Assembly: GCA_000934665.2 (NCBI GenBank)
Contig: KZ538266.1
Location: 1-64,000 of the forward strand
Origin: Catajapyx aquilonaris
Taxonomy: Eukaryota
Reading direction: 5' to 3'
DNA: 64,000 nucleotides
Both the position numbers and the translations under genes were made by a program. Shown here piece after piece: positions 62,522-64,000 of the stretch. Each line of letters opens with the position of its first letter. Position 1 is the stretch's first letter. A model generated the notes under the pieces. That model was not told the DNA's origin and searched no databases. It saw nothing but the letters and a program-made list of their open reading frames with translations.

Positions 62522-64000
62522 TTTTGCATTCAGAGTAGCAGCGCTGACAAGTTCTATGCGACACAAGGACATCGTTAAACCCACATTCAGTACACACAGA
62601 TTATTACTGTTCGCACACCTTTATTTGGGACCAGACAACTGCTTACATGGCCCGTGTCGCCACCTGCCAAAGTTACATTCAGTTCATGTTGTTACACTGA
62701 TGCAGTCAACACTACACACTACCCAAGTTCTCCTAGAAATTATATCATTCCAGCCACTAGATAAGCTCCAATCAGGTCCACGTGCACTTATAGTGATTGA
62801 TGTTCAAACTGATTTCTTTAAGTAAACAATCCGCCTGCATTTTTGGCGGATTGGGACAGTTGCGCCACTCTGCTGCGCATTGGTCAGGGATCCTCACACT
62901 ATGTCATTTACGCGTTGTGACTAATAAATATATCGAGCGCCAGTGTCAAAATCTGTTGTAAAATCTTGCCCTAAATAACAAGTCACGCATTCTATGGCTG
63001 TGCGAAAAACCAGTCCCTAGTTGGTTTTTTTTTTGCGTATCCAGAGCAAAGATCTCGTGACAGTTTTCAATTTCCGGGTGAACGCGCCTAAAACGACTAG
63101 AAATATTGATTGTGTCTTCAAGCCTCGTCAAAATTATTCAGGCGGAAACATCAAGTCGGGTCTACTAGGCAATGAGGGCACATTTTAATGTCATTGTTGT
63201 GAAATGTTGGCCGGGCCATAAATAGTGCCACGCCCCCCCCGGCCAAAAATGATATGGTACAGGGTGATTGTGCTGTGGCGTTCTTATTTTTTTTCGTGAT
63301 AATTTACAGTATATGCCTACTTTTTCTAAATTATGTTGAATTCAAATTGCGGACAAGTATTTGTCCAATATTGTACTGTACCTTCTCCAGAAGTTCGGAC
63401 CCTGCATAAGTAATAACCATTCACTGATAGTATTTGCGATTTATTCAATTGGTCATTTATTGGTGAATAAATAACGTAAACACCGCAATTTTCAGTCACG
63501 TTTTTTTCTGGACCCTAATTGACGGTAGCCTAGTTGGACCCCTGACCAATAGCTTATTGCATGATACTTTGGCATGCAATCTCTCCATCAAGTGTCATGA
63601 TCGCAGTTCTTATTATTACGGAGCAATACCCCTTTCGAACTTTTGCACAATAATCATCAGATCGTCTTAAGTCCATTGCGTCAGAAAATAGATCCGGCTA
63701 TGCAGAGCCGGCTGCGTCATCAGTGTATGACTAATCAGGCTTTGATATCTCCCAGTTTTACTGCCTGTAAAACACTCGGTATCGGACAGTGTTCATGTCC
63801 GGCATACATTTTATGATCACAGCAATGGTTCGATTGCAAAATTCGTGACCCCAAAAGCATTTTTTTTTCAGGTTCAAGACTTGACGCACCATTTTTTTTT
63901 GTTTTGTTTTGTATCGATGCACAACACGACACACGGTTCTTCAAACAATTGTTCTACCAACATTTTCTAATTGCACGTACCGGTACACAGTGTATTATAG

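Noticed and set aside
62085..62825. Longest ORF in the track (246 aa, + strand)
   Set aside because: It is the antisense shadow of paralog 14's exons and short introns, and shows no recognisable protein features.
1..64000. Prokaryotic features (operons, CRISPR array, rRNA) suggested by the ORF track format
   Set aside because: Coding density is low, the introns are spliceosomal, and there is no regularly spaced repeat-spacer array.

Overview
This is eukaryotic DNA, probably from an invertebrate animal, with short GT-AG introns (the shortest are about 53-60 nt). Most entries in the supplied ORF track are spurious or are single-exon fragments. Splicing the minus strand by hand gives a head-to-tail array of 14 intact paralogous genes across about 3.7-62.5 kb. 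Each encodes a small protein (105-206 aa) with a signal peptide, a probably helical core C-x20/29-C-x8-C-...-C and a C-terminal GPI-anchor-type signal. Ten genes have 4 coding exons (intron phases 1,2,0). The four right-most have 3 exons (phases 2,0) and a graded cysteine-ladder insert with 13, 11, 5 and 1 extra Cys. The mature domains are highly diverged, while exon architecture, Cys spacing and the terminal signals are conserved. The core resembles neuritin/CPG15 and the RGM N-terminal helical bundle; this is inference, not a search result. The window also holds several small MITE-like inverted repeats, two degenerate tRNA-like (SINE-head) sequences and a 160-bp near-identical duplicated non-coding block with CCAAT/TATA motifs.
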